Assembly (NCBI GenBank): GCA_947053455.1
Contig: CAMRSV010000003.1
Span: forward strand, 26,315-90,314
Source of the DNA: an uncultured Alphaproteobacteria bacterium
Lineage (GTDB): Bacteria; Pseudomonadota; Alphaproteobacteria; Rs-D84
Direction: 5' to 3'
Length of the DNA stretch: 64,000 nucleotides
Shown here piece by piece: positions 40,572-51,275 of this stretch; position 1 is the stretch's first letter, and each line of letters begins with the position of its first letter. The translations under genes and the position numbers were made by a program. A model generated the notes under the pieces. That model was not told where the DNA came from and did no database searches. It saw only the letters and a program-made list of their open reading frames with translations.

Positions 40572-41885
40572 TTACCAAGACATGCTTTTGTATGTTTTTT
40601 TACTTGTCGTATCACCAAACATATCGCGCTGTTTCTTGGTCAATGTTTCATATTGATCATTTGAAATAACGCGCAGAACGAATCCATCTTCATCACGCTG
40701 GCTTAATACTGGCATTATACGCTGTTCTGAAACACCGGTGTCACGCAAAACCTGTTCTACTATTGCTAGGCGCCGCGCCGCCAATTTGCGTGCATCCGTG
40801 TTACGCGTCGCCGCCTGGGGAATCGATACCTGAATTGCACGTTTCGGATTGCTGACCACGATTGATGCGTATTCGCTTAATAAATTATAATTATCACGGG
40901 ACAATGCCGCATCGTCATCACGGAATCTGATTTTTATCTCCAACGGACGAATACCTGCAGATTCAGACAAATCACGCCGGGCAGTAAATCCTTCAACAGA
41001 CGCGGTCATGTCACTGGCGACATCAAAACGGTCGTCTATCTGAAATGTAGACAAATGCTTGTTTTCTGATAAAAAGGTTTTACGAAACGCCTTGCGCAGT
41101 TCGGTCGGCGACATAGAATTCATATCATCACGCGCGGCAGCGATACGCGGCGCAGTATTCTTTTCCACGGTGCGCACAACAACATCAGGTGCCATTGGAA
41201 CAACCATGCGCGATAACTGTACCGGCGATGAATCCGCCACATCGTCTGCAGCAGGCTTTTGTGCACGCACGGCGGCAATCGAATCGACATGGCCGGCCGC
41301 GGAATCTAGTGCTATCTTCTGTGAACTGGTGGAACGCGTCGTGGCACGCACGCTTTCATCTGCGCGACGTTGCAATTCAACCAACTTTGAAATTTGAGAA
41401 TCTAAATCAGTTGCACGGGCGCGCAAATCATTTATTGACGCATCCTTTTCCACCGCTGCAAATGCGGAGTTTAAGTCCTCCTCTGGCAATTCGGCATCAG
41501 AACGAAACACAGAAAATTCATCAGGCGTTGGTATACGCAAGCTTGCATCTGATTTCGCCCATAAATCCGCACTTGGGCGACGTGGAGTCAAAACATCGGT
41601 TCGCGCAATTATTTCATCGCCATTGGCAACAGTTTTTGCGGCCGCTGCCTTTTTCGCAGCTCGTGTGACAACCTTTTTTTCCGGTGCCTTTGTTGGCGTC
41701 GCCACATCAACATGTGACGCCAAATCCGCCTTTGCAATTTGTTTGGGGGTCTGAATAATTTCTTCGCCAAATGCAGCGCGGGCTGAAACACTGCCCGCCG
41801 CCAGATTTACAACCGGCAAACGCGTACCGGCCGATGCCGGCAATGCAAATAACAGGGCAAATACAGATACCGAAATCCGTCGCAT
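40572..41885 (-). CDS. secreted protein with degenerate OmpA-like C-terminal domain
   Basis: Signal peptide; IRFRDDDAALS..ARKLAARRLAIVEQVLRDTGVSEQRI. Confidence 0.75.
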   Translation of the reverse strand: MRRISVSVFALLFALPASAGTRLPVVNLAAGSVSARAAFGEEIIQTPKQIAKADLASHVDVATPTKAPEKKVVTRAAKKAAAAKTVANGDEIIARTDVLTPRRPSADLWAKSDASLRIPTPDEFSVFRSDAELPEEDLNSAFAAVEKDASINDLRARATDLDSQISKLVELQRRADESVRATTRSTSSQKIALDSAAGHVDSIAAVRAQKPAADDVADSSPVQLSRMVVPMAPDVVVRTVEKNTAPRIAAARDDMNSMSPTELRKAFRKTFLSENKHLSTFQIDDRFDVASDMTASVEGFTARRDLSESAGIRPLEIKIRFRDDDAALSRDNYNLLSEYASIVVSNPKRAIQVSIPQAATRNTDARKLAARRLAIVEQVLRDTGVSEQRIMPVLSQRDEDGFVLRVISNDQYETLTKKQRDMFGDTTSKKTYKSMSW

Positions 41886-41954
41886 AATCTTTCCTTTCAC
41901 GACAATCATAGAACAAATCACGAAAGTCGCGCAAGCGGAAAAATAAGACAGATA

Positions 41955-43001
41955 TCATTTTGTTATTTCATCGGCTATCAATTGAACCGCATTATTTGGA
42001 ACCAAGGCTTTTTGCGCCATTTTGACTAAACGCGACGGGTTATCAAACAAATCCGTCAATGTCGCCGCCAGCCATTTTGCCGTAAAGGCCGATTGGGAAA
42101 TTGCAAATCCACCACCCAGTTTTTCAAAACTCGCCGCGTTGGCTGCCTGGTCTGGATTTATGCCCAACGGCACCAATATTGCCGGCCGCCCGATTGTTTC
42201 CAATTCCACAACCGTGCTGGCGCCACTGCGACCGATGACCAAATCCGCGTCCGCAATCGCCGATGCCATGTCATGAATAAAAGATAAAACATTGGCACGA
42301 ATTTTATTGTCCGCATAGAACTTGCGCAGACGCGCCACATTTTCTGGCCGCGTTTGGTGCATTACAAAAATCTTTTTATTTTTCATCTGCATTATTGCGG
42401 CGGGGACAACATCGTCCAAAACTTGTGCCCCCAGTGACCCGCCCGTCACCAACAAATTTGCCCCACCCGGCATTTTTGCGCCGGCCTGTGCCAGTATTTC
42501 ACCGCGCACCGGAAGCCCCGTATAGACCACGCGCGCACGCGATACGGCGGGAATTCCGGTAACAGTCGGAAAACTGGTCATCAATGTTCTAACCCAGCGC
42601 ATTGTAAACTTGTTTGCGCGCCCAATTGCCGCGTTTTGTTCATGCAGAAACGTTGGAACACGCCATAAATGCGCCGCAAAAACCGCCGGAACCGATGCAT
42701 ACCCACCGAATGCAACCACGCGGTCAGGGCGCAGCACCATAAATCGTAACGCCAACGCCATTGCTGAAACAGAAATCTTAAACAGTGCCCAAATTTGACG
42801 AACACGGCTTTTCGCGCCGACACCAGACGCCCAGATATGAACCATGGCGGCCCCTTTCGGACGCGACGCCGCAACCATGCCACGCACACGCCCATCGCAC
42901 GAAATTGTTACGCGATTGCCGCGTTTGACCAGTTCTGACGCCACACTTAATGCCGGAAAAACATGTCCGCCGGTTCCCCCTGTTGCAATCCATATTTTCA
43001 T
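41955..43001 (-). CDS. murG: MurG glycosyltransferase
   Basis: GGTGGHVFPA, FGGYASVP, HEQNA, GGSLGA, GRSGAST. Confidence 0.98.
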   Translation of the reverse strand: MKIWIATGGTGGHVFPALSVASELVKRGNRVTISCDGRVRGMVAASRPKGAAMVHIWASGVGAKSRVRQIWALFKISVSAMALALRFMVLRPDRVVAFGGYASVPAVFAAHLWRVPTFLHEQNAAIGRANKFTMRWVRTLMTSFPTVTGIPAVSRARVVYTGLPVRGEILAQAGAKMPGGANLLVTGGSLGAQVLDDVVPAAIMQMKNKKIFVMHQTRPENVARLRKFYADNKIRANVLSFIHDMASAIADADLVIGRSGASTVVELETIGRPAILVPLGINPDQAANAASFEKLGGGFAISQSAFTAKWLAATLTDLFDNPSRLVKMAQKALVPNNAVQLIADEITK

Positions 43002-43020
43002 ATCAATCCCTTTTTTTTAT

Positions 43021-44160
43021 TTATTTCCACTTATCTTCACGCACAACAGCCAGCACCATAGCGAACAACAGACAAAATGATACAAACGAACTGCCACCAT
43101 ATGAAATCAGCGGCAGCGTCATTCCCTTTGGCGCGAATAAGTGCAGTGTCGACATAAGATTTATGCAAACCTGGGTTCCAAACAAAGCCGCCGCACCGCC
43201 TGCGGCATAAAACACGAAATTATCGCGCGCAGACAATGCATCCGTCACCAATCGTTTTAACACATACAGCAGCAACCCCAACAACATACACGCCATTATT
43301 GCCCCCAAATCTTCGGCAATGGCCGCAAATATAAAATCGGTATGCGCATCAGGCAGCGATTGCTTTACAAATGCGTCGTCCCCACTGCCGAGTAAGCCCC
43401 CGTGCTGAATCGACTGAATAGACTGCGTTACTTGGAACGTGTCGCCGGTCCCGGTCGCCCATGAAACAATTCGGTTATGAAAGTGAGGAAACGTAAAGAA
43501 CAACAATACCCCCAGACCCGACAATCCGAAAAGAATAATAGGAATCACGAACAGCGGCAATCCCGCCATAAAAAACATCCCGGACACTACCGCAAAATAC
43601 AATATAGCCGTTCCAATATCGGGGTGACGCAAAATGATGAAAAACGCAGGCAAAAACACCGCCAGATACGACCACCATGAAATCCACGAGGCGCGCCACG
43701 CGTCACGATTAAGAAAAATATTGCCACTATATTTCTCGCGCATTTTTGCCAGAAACCACGCAGTCAGCATTACAAATCCAGGTTTCATGATATCTGCGGG
43801 CATAACGTTAAATCCGCCAATATGAACAAAGCGCGCCGAACCATTTATCAAATGTGGCGCCACCACCGTCACCAGCAACAGGCAAATCCCCACCAGAACA
43901 TTCGGCACCGACAACCCCAGTACCCATTTTTTGTTCAACATGCTGACCCCAAAGAGCGAGGTTATGCCAATCAAATAAAAAGGCAGCATTTTTACGGCGA
44001 ACGTGTACCATTCCCAGCCCTTACGTTCTGCCGAAACACTGCCTGCCGACACCATAAAGAACATGCCGATAACAATCAGTACCAACAACGCCCCCAGCAA
44101 TCGCCGGTCTATTTCAAAATACCAACTGGTTAGTTTGCTTTCTTCTGTTCTTCTTAACAT
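43021..44160 (-). CDS. ftsW: cell division SEDS protein FtsW
   Basis: INGSARF, HPDIGT, LPDAHTDFIFA, PKGMTLPLISYGGSS. Confidence 0.95.
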   Translation of the reverse strand: MLRRTEESKLTSWYFEIDRRLLGALLVLIVIGMFFMVSAGSVSAERKGWEWYTFAVKMLPFYLIGITSLFGVSMLNKKWVLGLSVPNVLVGICLLLVTVVAPHLINGSARFVHIGGFNVMPADIMKPGFVMLTAWFLAKMREKYSGNIFLNRDAWRASWISWWSYLAVFLPAFFIILRHPDIGTAILYFAVVSGMFFMAGLPLFVIPIILFGLSGLGVLLFFTFPHFHNRIVSWATGTGDTFQVTQSIQSIQHGGLLGSGDDAFVKQSLPDAHTDFIFAAIAEDLGAIMACMLLGLLLYVLKRLVTDALSARDNFVFYAAGGAAALFGTQVCINLMSTLHLFAPKGMTLPLISYGGSSFVSFCLLFAMVLAVVREDKWK

Positions 44161-44169
44161 TTTCTTTCA

Positions 44170-45258
44170 TCACGCAAATTTCAACAGTATCAGCGCCAGC
44201 CCAGCAAACAATATTGATACGATAAAAAAGCGATCCACTATCTTTGTTTCGTCCCAGCCGTACTCTTCAAAATGATGATGCAGCGGCGCCCGCAGGAATA
44301 TACGCCGCCCAGTACCGGTGATGCGACGTGTCGCCTTGAAAAACATGGTCTGAGTAAACGAAGACAACAGTATCAACACCATCATGCCCGCGGCAATTCC
44401 CATAATTATTTCAGACTTTAGCAGCATTGCAACCGTACCCATAAAACCACCTAACGCCAGCGACCCGACATCCCCCATAAATATTGAGGCAGGTTTCGCA
44501 TTATACCACAAAAATCCCAAAACTGCGCCAAACGCCGCACCAAGGGGCGCGTATAAACCGCTTGCCGTCGGCAAAAACATAACCGTATCCATAAATCCGA
44601 TGCGCGTCGCACCATATAGCGCCACCACCAACACAACCAATACCGGCATATATAATTTCGCCAGCATACCATCCAACCCGTCGGTGATATTTGTAGCATT
44701 TGCCGCCCCACAAATTACGAAATACGCAAAAACATAATACAAGAACCCCAACGGCAATATTATACCGAACGGCAATGCCATTGACAATTCGGCAATATAT
44801 GGGGGCATCGTCCAGTTTATCAAATATGCCAAAATTACAACAAATATTCCTTCTATAATCAGGCGCGACCGCGGTGACAAACCATTCGCCGCCTTTTTCG
44901 ATTGGCTTTTAACCTTTTTATAATCATCCGCAAACCCAAGACCACCAAACATCACCAGCGACAAAATTGCAATCCATCCGGTTGGATTTGCCAACGGCAT
45001 AAACAATAGGGAAGCTATCAAAATCGCCACCAAAACCAATATTCCACCCATGGTCGGGGTGCCCGATTTCTGGCGATGGCTCGCCGGAACATTTTCACTA
45101 ATTGGCTGACCCTTTTTCTGTATGCTACGCATTGCGCGAACAAACGGACGACCAAATAACAGCACAATTAAAAATGCCACACCAAACGCGGCCGCAAATT
45201 GTGCCCAACCGCTTGCAAAATATACCGCACCACGGGACAAGAAATAATCAGTCAGCAT
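44170..45258 (-). CDS. mraY: phospho-MurNAc-pentapeptide transferase
   Basis: KSGTPTMGG, GFADDY, NITDGLDG, FMGDVGSL, APLHHHFE. Confidence 0.98.
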   Translation of the reverse strand: MLTDYFLSRGAVYFASGWAQFAAAFGVAFLIVLLFGRPFVRAMRSIQKKGQPISENVPASHRQKSGTPTMGGILVLVAILIASLLFMPLANPTGWIAILSLVMFGGLGFADDYKKVKSQSKKAANGLSPRSRLIIEGIFVVILAYLINWTMPPYIAELSMALPFGIILPLGFLYYVFAYFVICGAANATNITDGLDGMLAKLYMPVLVVLVVALYGATRIGFMDTVMFLPTASGLYAPLGAAFGAVLGFLWYNAKPASIFMGDVGSLALGGFMGTVAMLLKSEIIMGIAAGMMVLILLSSFTQTMFFKATRRITGTGRRIFLRAPLHHHFEEYGWDETKIVDRFFIVSILFAGLALILLKFA

Positions 45259-45312
45259 AAAAATCTCCTTGCTTTGCTGATATTTTATCACAAAGAAAAC
45301 TGAAAATAAACC

Positions 45313-45621
45313 TTATTTAGCAACGCACGAAATTACCATGTCTTGGTCAATCAGCATTGTCCAATCGTCGCCCTTGTTCCACAATGTCACATCGGTATCG
45401 TTCAAAACACCGTCAAATTTTGCACCGGATGCAGCCACGACATTTGCCAATTCGACCGCATCGCCATTTATGTTTGCATTTATTTTGTCTCCGTTATCGG
45501 AAAACTCAATTTCAACCGTATAATCACCACACTGGCGAACAATGACGGACGCATCTTCGTTTTTTTTATCGCATGCGCAAATCATCGCGGCACAAAATAC
45601 ACATAACAATACTTTTTTCAT
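45313..45621 (-). CDS. MliC-family lysozyme-inhibitor lipoprotein
   Basis: Lipobox MICAC; AASGAKF and LWNKG motifs. Confidence 0.82.
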   Translation of the reverse strand: MKKVLLCVFCAAMICACDKKNEDASVIVRQCGDYTVEIEFSDNGDKINANINGDAVELANVVAASGAKFDGVLNDTDVTLWNKGDDWTMLIDQDMVISCVAK

Positions 45622-45672
45622 AAAAAATCCCCCTTTGGGGGATATTATATCACAAGGTACACCCAAATAACA

Positions 45673-47712
45673 TCAAAATACGCCACCAACAACCGGTGCA
45701 TTAGAATTTCCAGCCTTTTTCGGCGCCGGATTAGGGGATTGACCGGGCTTGAATGCCTCAATTATTATCTGGCCATCGGGGTCCGCAGACGCGGCCGCAC
45801 CACTGCGCCGGTTAACCCGAACAAATGTCATGCCATCAGGTACTGCAAACGGCTGATTCTTTTCGTCTTTCAATACTGTTTTCATAAAATCTGCAAATAC
45901 GCGCGCGGCCATATGACTACCTGCGCCACGCCCCAAAGGTTTCGGTGTATCAAACCCTAGGTAAACACCCGCTATAACATTCTGTGAAAAGCCCACAAAC
46001 CAGATATCCTTTACATCATTGGTTGTTCCGGTTTTACCCGCGATTGTATGCCCTGCAACACGCGCCTGCTTTCCAGTGCCGCGTTCAACCGCGCCCTGTA
46101 ATATAGACACGATTTGATACAAACTCTGCGGGTCGGACAATGGCTCGGATTCCGCAGCCTTTTCCGGCGGCAATAATTCTGCCCCCCATTCAATAAATTC
46201 CGGAGCCGCCCCACCAATTACGCGGCCATATCTATCCTCGATATAATCAACCATCTTTGGTTCAATTACACGCCCGCCGTTTATAAACGCCGAATACCCC
46301 AGCACCAGACGTTCCAATGTCGTTTCACCAGACCCCAGCGCCAGTGACAAATTCAAATTTTTCATATCCTTTGGGTATACACCGAAACGCTGCGCGGCCT
46401 CAATTGACGGAAGCACACCTATTTGTTCAACCATCCTAACCGCCGGCACATTTCTGGATGTTTCAAGCGCCAAGCGCAACGGCACATCCCCCAGGAATTT
46501 CTTGTCATAATTTTCCGGCTTCCACATTGTATCATCTTCGCGCCATCCGACAATCGGCGCATCAAGCAGTAACGCCTCCGGTGATACGCCGCGTTCCAGT
46601 GCGGCCAAATAAACAAACGGCTTTATCGTTGAACCAATCTGACGTAACGCCTGGGTTGCACGGTTAAAAGAACTTTCTGAAAACGCGCGCCCCCCGGTCA
46701 TCGCCAAAATACGCCCCGTATGCGGATTCATTGCAATAATAGCCCCCTGCAATTTTTCCGTGCGTCCTTCGTTATACTTATCCAATTCGCGCGCCAATGC
46801 CGCCGCCGCGGCTCGTTGATACGCCGGCACAATCGTGGTTTTTATGTACAGCCCCTGATTATATAACGTTTCGCGCCCAAGCGTATTTAGCAATTGACGG
46901 CGCACATCTTCGGCGAAATACTGAAAATCTTCGGCCATTTGGGCGGTAAACCCACTGTTGATATTTAATTCTTCGGCGAATGCGGCATCCGCCTCGGCCT
47001 GGGTAATAAAACCTTCGGCAGCCATGCGGCGCAAAACGTAATTACGGCGTTCAACCGCGCGGTTACGATTATTGGGCGCCTTGGGCAGTGAGGCTAAAAA
47101 CGCACATTCCGCCAAAGTCAATTCAGACACGGGTTTGTTAAAATACATCAACGCCGCAGAGCCCACCCCATACGCGCGCGCACCCAAAAATATCTGATTT
47201 AAATAAAGCGTCAGTATATGTTGTTTGGAAAAAGTACGTTCCAGCCGCATGGCCAGTATCGCCTCTTTTATCTTGCGCGAAAGAGTCCGTTCCGGTGTCA
47301 GAAAAAAGTTTTTCGCCACCTGCTGTGTGATGGTGGATGCACCAGAAAAACTGGTCTTGAAACCTAACAGACGCAACGCGTTAGATGCGGTCGCACGAAC
47401 AATACCCTGAATATCAATTCCCGGATGCGTCCAGAAATTCTGATCCTCGGCTGCGATAAAGGCGTTAACCAATTGCGGCGGCATATCATCAAAGTCAATA
47501 AACACGCGCCGTTCTTCGGCATATTCAATCAGCAAAGAGCCGTCCGACGCATACAGACGTGTTGCAACCGGCGGCGCATAAGTCGCCAATTTCTTGTAAT
47601 CGGGCAAATCATTCCCATAAATAAGAACCAGTACCGCCAACGCCGCAACCCCAGCCGTCAGGCACCAAAACATTACATTTAAGAATTTACGCAAAAACTT
47701 TTTGAATTTCAT
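45673..47712 (-). CDS. mrcA: class A penicillin-binding protein 1A
   Basis: AAEDQNF, GASTITQQVAKN, RKIKE; RQIGSTIKP, SRN, KTGT. Confidence 0.96.
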   Translation of the reverse strand: MKFKKFLRKFLNVMFWCLTAGVAALAVLVLIYGNDLPDYKKLATYAPPVATRLYASDGSLLIEYAEERRVFIDFDDMPPQLVNAFIAAEDQNFWTHPGIDIQGIVRATASNALRLLGFKTSFSGASTITQQVAKNFFLTPERTLSRKIKEAILAMRLERTFSKQHILTLYLNQIFLGARAYGVGSAALMYFNKPVSELTLAECAFLASLPKAPNNRNRAVERRNYVLRRMAAEGFITQAEADAAFAEELNINSGFTAQMAEDFQYFAEDVRRQLLNTLGRETLYNQGLYIKTTIVPAYQRAAAAALARELDKYNEGRTEKLQGAIIAMNPHTGRILAMTGGRAFSESSFNRATQALRQIGSTIKPFVYLAALERGVSPEALLLDAPIVGWREDDTMWKPENYDKKFLGDVPLRLALETSRNVPAVRMVEQIGVLPSIEAAQRFGVYPKDMKNLNLSLALGSGETTLERLVLGYSAFINGGRVIEPKMVDYIEDRYGRVIGGAAPEFIEWGAELLPPEKAAESEPLSDPQSLYQIVSILQGAVERGTGKQARVAGHTIAGKTGTTNDVKDIWFVGFSQNVIAGVYLGFDTPKPLGRGAGSHMAARVFADFMKTVLKDEKNQPFAVPDGMTFVRVNRRSGAAASADPDGQIIIEAFKPGQSPNPAPKKAGNSNAPVVGGVF

Positions 47713-47816
47713 AATTTGGGATTTTAGGATATTTGATTTACGTTTGCAAGTTTTGTTATGAAAGAAAACACCAATTTAATCTTGCGCAAATAAAGAATAT
47801 ATTCATATAATTTCAT

Positions 47817-49754
47817 ATGCGCGATTTTTTGAAAAACCAATTTGAAAACATATTCCTGTGGGCGCCGTTTTTAATGGCATTTGGTGCAGCGCTTTACTTT
47901 GGGTTGGATGTTGAACCAATGCTTCCATTCGCACCATTATTGGCCTTGGTAATATTGGTGCCATGTTTGCTGCGGCGAACGCCGAACACACTACGTGCGG
48001 TTTGTCTGTTTGTGTTTGGTTTTTTGTATGCGGCCGCATTCACCAAGATATTTGCCACACCACAGATTTTTCGCACTATGCGTGATATTGAAATTTCCGG
48101 ACGGGTTCACGCGATTGATTTTGGACCCGAAAAATCCAGAATTTATATAGATGCCGAAAACCTAAACCCGAATCCCGTGGGAAAAATGATTGTGCGCCTA
48201 TCCGTGTCGAATGACGCGCCGGAAATTTCTGTGGGTGACACGATACGTGCAAACGGTTCATTATTTAGACCTGCAGGCGCATACGCACCGGGAACATTTG
48301 ACTTTGCCCGTTGGGCATATTTTAACGGATTGACCGCAACCGGATATGCATCCGACATTGAAATAACATCAAACGCAAACGCGGGAACGCTGACCACTAT
48401 GCGTTCATATTTACACAAATTAGTGGATTCTTTCTTGGCGGACGGACTGGTTTTGGGTTACAAGCAATCTGTTCCGGAATCCGATTCAGACATCTGGATT
48501 GCATCTGGTATTGGTCACGTTTGGTCAATCAGTGGCTTTCACATGACTCTTGTATCGGGATGGCTGTTTGCAATATTTTATTTGATATTGCGCTGCATAC
48601 CATTTATAACACGACGCGTTCCGGCGCGAATACCTGCAATGATTCTCGCCCTTGGTGGATTGGTTTTATACCTGTTCTTATCTGGCACAAACATTGCCAC
48701 AATAAGAGCGTTTATAATGACTGCACTGGTATTCGCGGCGTTTATTCTGGGACGCAATGCGATTTCAATGCGCAATATATGCATGGCACTCCTAGCAGTA
48801 TTTCTTTTAAACCCGCACTGCGTTATGCAGGCCGGATTTCAATTATCTTTTTCTGCAGTGTTTGGTCTTGTATGGTTTTGGGGAACAATTAAACCTAAAA
48901 TGCCAGAAAACAAAATCCTAAAGATAATTTATTCAGCTGTTGCGACATCGCTTGTTGCGACAATTTTCACCCTGCCATTCGTCGCCGTGCATTTCTATGC
49001 GATGCCATTGTATGGACTGTTGGGTAATCTTGTACTGCTACCTATATTTTCTTTTGTAATAATGCCGCTGGTAATGATTGGCATTGTGTTAGCTACAATC
49101 GGAATCAGGTTTCCGATTGATATTGCACACACCGCATATGATTTAACATTAATACTGGCGAATAAAATTGCGGAATTGCCATTCGCATCACTGCAGATGC
49201 CACATATATCAAATACGGCAATGATTATTATAATAATCGGATTTGTATGCCTTATACTGGTGCGTGCAAACCGCATACGAACAAACATTGCAATATTCTG
49301 TGCATTTGAAATGATTGGGCTGATTTTTATTGCATTAACGCCACGGCCGGTTTTCTTTGCGTCACCGGATCACGAACTGGTTGCATTCCGCGATTACAAC
49401 AAATTGGAATTTAATAAATCGCGGGCATCAAATCACTTTTTCGCGTTTGACACATGGAAACAAATATCAGGTGTCACAACCGACACACCCAATGTTCGGC
49501 GCAAGCATAACAAGGGTCTGTATGTTTTTCATACAAAGAATTTTAGTCTGGCATATATTCAAAAATTTGTGCCACTGCACAAAAATATTTCAAAACTTTG
49601 CCAGGATGACAGAATAAACTATATCGTGTCTTATTTTGATGTAAGGTCGCCGCAGTGTGACAACAAGATTTTACGTGGTGGCGTCCTTGTTTACCCGTCT
49701 GGTTACGTTAAACAAATTATGCATTTGCGGCCATGGCATAATCCGCGCCAATAA
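47817..49754 (+). CDS. comEC: ComEC/Rec2 DNA uptake channel
   Basis: DUF4131/OB region (PGTFDFARWAYF), SGIGHVWSISGFHM, ATIRAFIM, AGFQLSF. Confidence 0.95.
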   Translation: MRDFLKNQFENIFLWAPFLMAFGAALYFGLDVEPMLPFAPLLALVILVPCLLRRTPNTLRAVCLFVFGFLYAAAFTKIFATPQIFRTMRDIEISGRVHAIDFGPEKSRIYIDAENLNPNPVGKMIVRLSVSNDAPEISVGDTIRANGSLFRPAGAYAPGTFDFARWAYFNGLTATGYASDIEITSNANAGTLTTMRSYLHKLVDSFLADGLVLGYKQSVPESDSDIWIASGIGHVWSISGFHMTLVSGWLFAIFYLILRCIPFITRRVPARIPAMILALGGLVLYLFLSGTNIATIRAFIMTALVFAAFILGRNAISMRNICMALLAVFLLNPHCVMQAGFQLSFSAVFGLVWFWGTIKPKMPENKILKIIYSAVATSLVATIFTLPFVAVHFYAMPLYGLLGNLVLLPIFSFVIMPLVMIGIVLATIGIRFPIDIAHTAYDLTLILANKIAELPFASLQMPHISNTAMIIIIIGFVCLILVRANRIRTNIAIFCAFEMIGLIFIALTPRPVFFASPDHELVAFRDYNKLEFNKSRASNHFFAFDTWKQISGVTTDTPNVRRKHNKGLYVFHTKNFSLAYIQKFVPLHKNISKLCQDDRINYIVSYFDVRSPQCDNKILRGGVLVYPSGYVKQIMHLRPWHNPRQ

Positions 49755-50472
49755 AATACAGACCCGCCGCCGGTGCGGTGGGGCCTGCCGCGCTACGCGC
49801 GCGCGCCGCGAAAATTTCATCAATGTCATACGGCTTGCCCAGCCCGATTTCAACCAAAGTGCCAACCATATTACGCACCTGGTGATGCAGGAACGACTGG
49901 GCAGAAAACTCAAAAAGTATTTTATCGCCATCTTGTAAAATGCGACACGAATCCAGCGTTTTTATCGGACTTTTAGCCTGGCACTGTGTGGCGCGAAAAC
50001 TGGTAAAATCATGATTGCCAACCAATTTTGCAGCGGCATGCCGCATTGCCTCAATATCCAACGGACGCGGCACCCACCACACGCGGTCTCTTTCCAAAAC
50101 TGGCGCCGCACGACGGTTCAATACTATGTAACGATAATGACGCCCCCGGCAACAAAAACGCGCATGAAATTCAGACGACACTACTTCACATTTCAGCACC
50201 ACAACCGGTTTGCCGGTCAAATAAAAATTTATTGCACGCATAACAATGTCACTTGCCGCGTCCCCATCTAAATCAAAATGCGCCACCATACGCGCCGCAT
50301 GAACCCCCGCGTCTGTGCGACCGGCGGCAACAACATCCGGGCGCGAACCGCAAAACGCAAAAATCGCATCTTTTAATAATGATTGCACGGACGGCCCCTG
50401 GCGATTTTCCTGCCATCCGATTAGGTTTGTTCCATCATATTCAAGAGTTATTTTATATCGTATCATTCGCAA
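49717..50472 (-). CDS. truA: tRNA pseudouridine(38-40) synthase
   Basis: YDGTNLIGWQ, AGRTDAGVHA, HDFTSF, FLHHQVRNMVG. Confidence 0.98.
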   Translation of the reverse strand: MRMIRYKITLEYDGTNLIGWQENRQGPSVQSLLKDAIFAFCGSRPDVVAAGRTDAGVHAARMVAHFDLDGDAASDIVMRAINFYLTGKPVVVLKCEVVSSEFHARFCCRGRHYRYIVLNRRAAPVLERDRVWWVPRPLDIEAMRHAAAKLVGNHDFTSFRATQCQAKSPIKTLDSCRILQDGDKILFEFSAQSFLHHQVRNMVGTLVEIGLGKPYDIDEIFAARARSAAGPTAPAAGLYFIGADYAMAANA

Positions 50473-51275
50473 TCAAATTTTATTTCCGCCCCACGCAGGC
50501 CGTTTACAAAACTTTTCCAATCCATCGGTTTTTTCCCGGCGGGCTGCAACCGCAATATCTGCAGCGCACCCGTCGTATCGATTTTCGTTTGTAAAATTTT
50601 TACATCAATGCCGTTTATCTTTGTGCGTCCCGCCCCCATTGCCCGCACCTGATTGTGAATGTCACGGGCATCGCGCGTCCAATCAATTATTTCGTCCGCG
50701 CCGGTGAATTTGCGCGTGTAAGTCACCGCGCCCGATTGCGGCACGCCCGGATGCCCATTTGGGTCACGCAAATATTCCACCAACATTTGCGCACCGATTT
50801 CGGACACCTTGCCTTCAATGTCTGTATTTGTATCATTTTCCCCAATTTCAAATTCACGGCACATATGAACATCGCCCGCATCCAGTTCTGATACTACATC
50901 CATCAGGCACACGGCCGATTTTTCATCCCCGTTATAAATGGCCGTACGTATCGGCGATGGGCCACGATATTTGGGAAGCGCACTCGGGTGAATATTGACG
51001 CACGGCGCAGATGATAAAACATTATCACGTAATATCACGCCATATGACACAACACAAATTATGTCAGGTGAAAAATTATATTCATTTATATTTGTATAAA
51101 CCGGCAAACCATTTTCGTGTGCCCACGTATCCACCGGCGACGGCGTCAGCATTTGCTTGCGCCCGGCGGGTTTTGGTGCACGGGTGAACACAGCCATAAT
51201 TTCATGCCCAGCATTTTTTACCGCATCAAAAATCGGAACGACAAACCCGTTCGTCCCCATTAAAACAACTTTCAT
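50463..51275 (-). CDS. fmt: methionyl-tRNA formyltransferase
   Basis: MGTNGF, NIHPSALPKYRGPSPI, LDAGDV. Confidence 0.96.
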   Translation of the reverse strand: MKVVLMGTNGFVVPIFDAVKNAGHEIMAVFTRAPKPAGRKQMLTPSPVDTWAHENGLPVYTNINEYNFSPDIICVVSYGVILRDNVLSSAPCVNIHPSALPKYRGPSPIRTAIYNGDEKSAVCLMDVVSELDAGDVHMCREFEIGENDTNTDIEGKVSEIGAQMLVEYLRDPNGHPGVPQSGAVTYTRKFTGADEIIDWTRDARDIHNQVRAMGAGRTKINGIDVKILQTKIDTTGALQILRLQPAGKKPMDWKSFVNGLRGAEIKFDCE

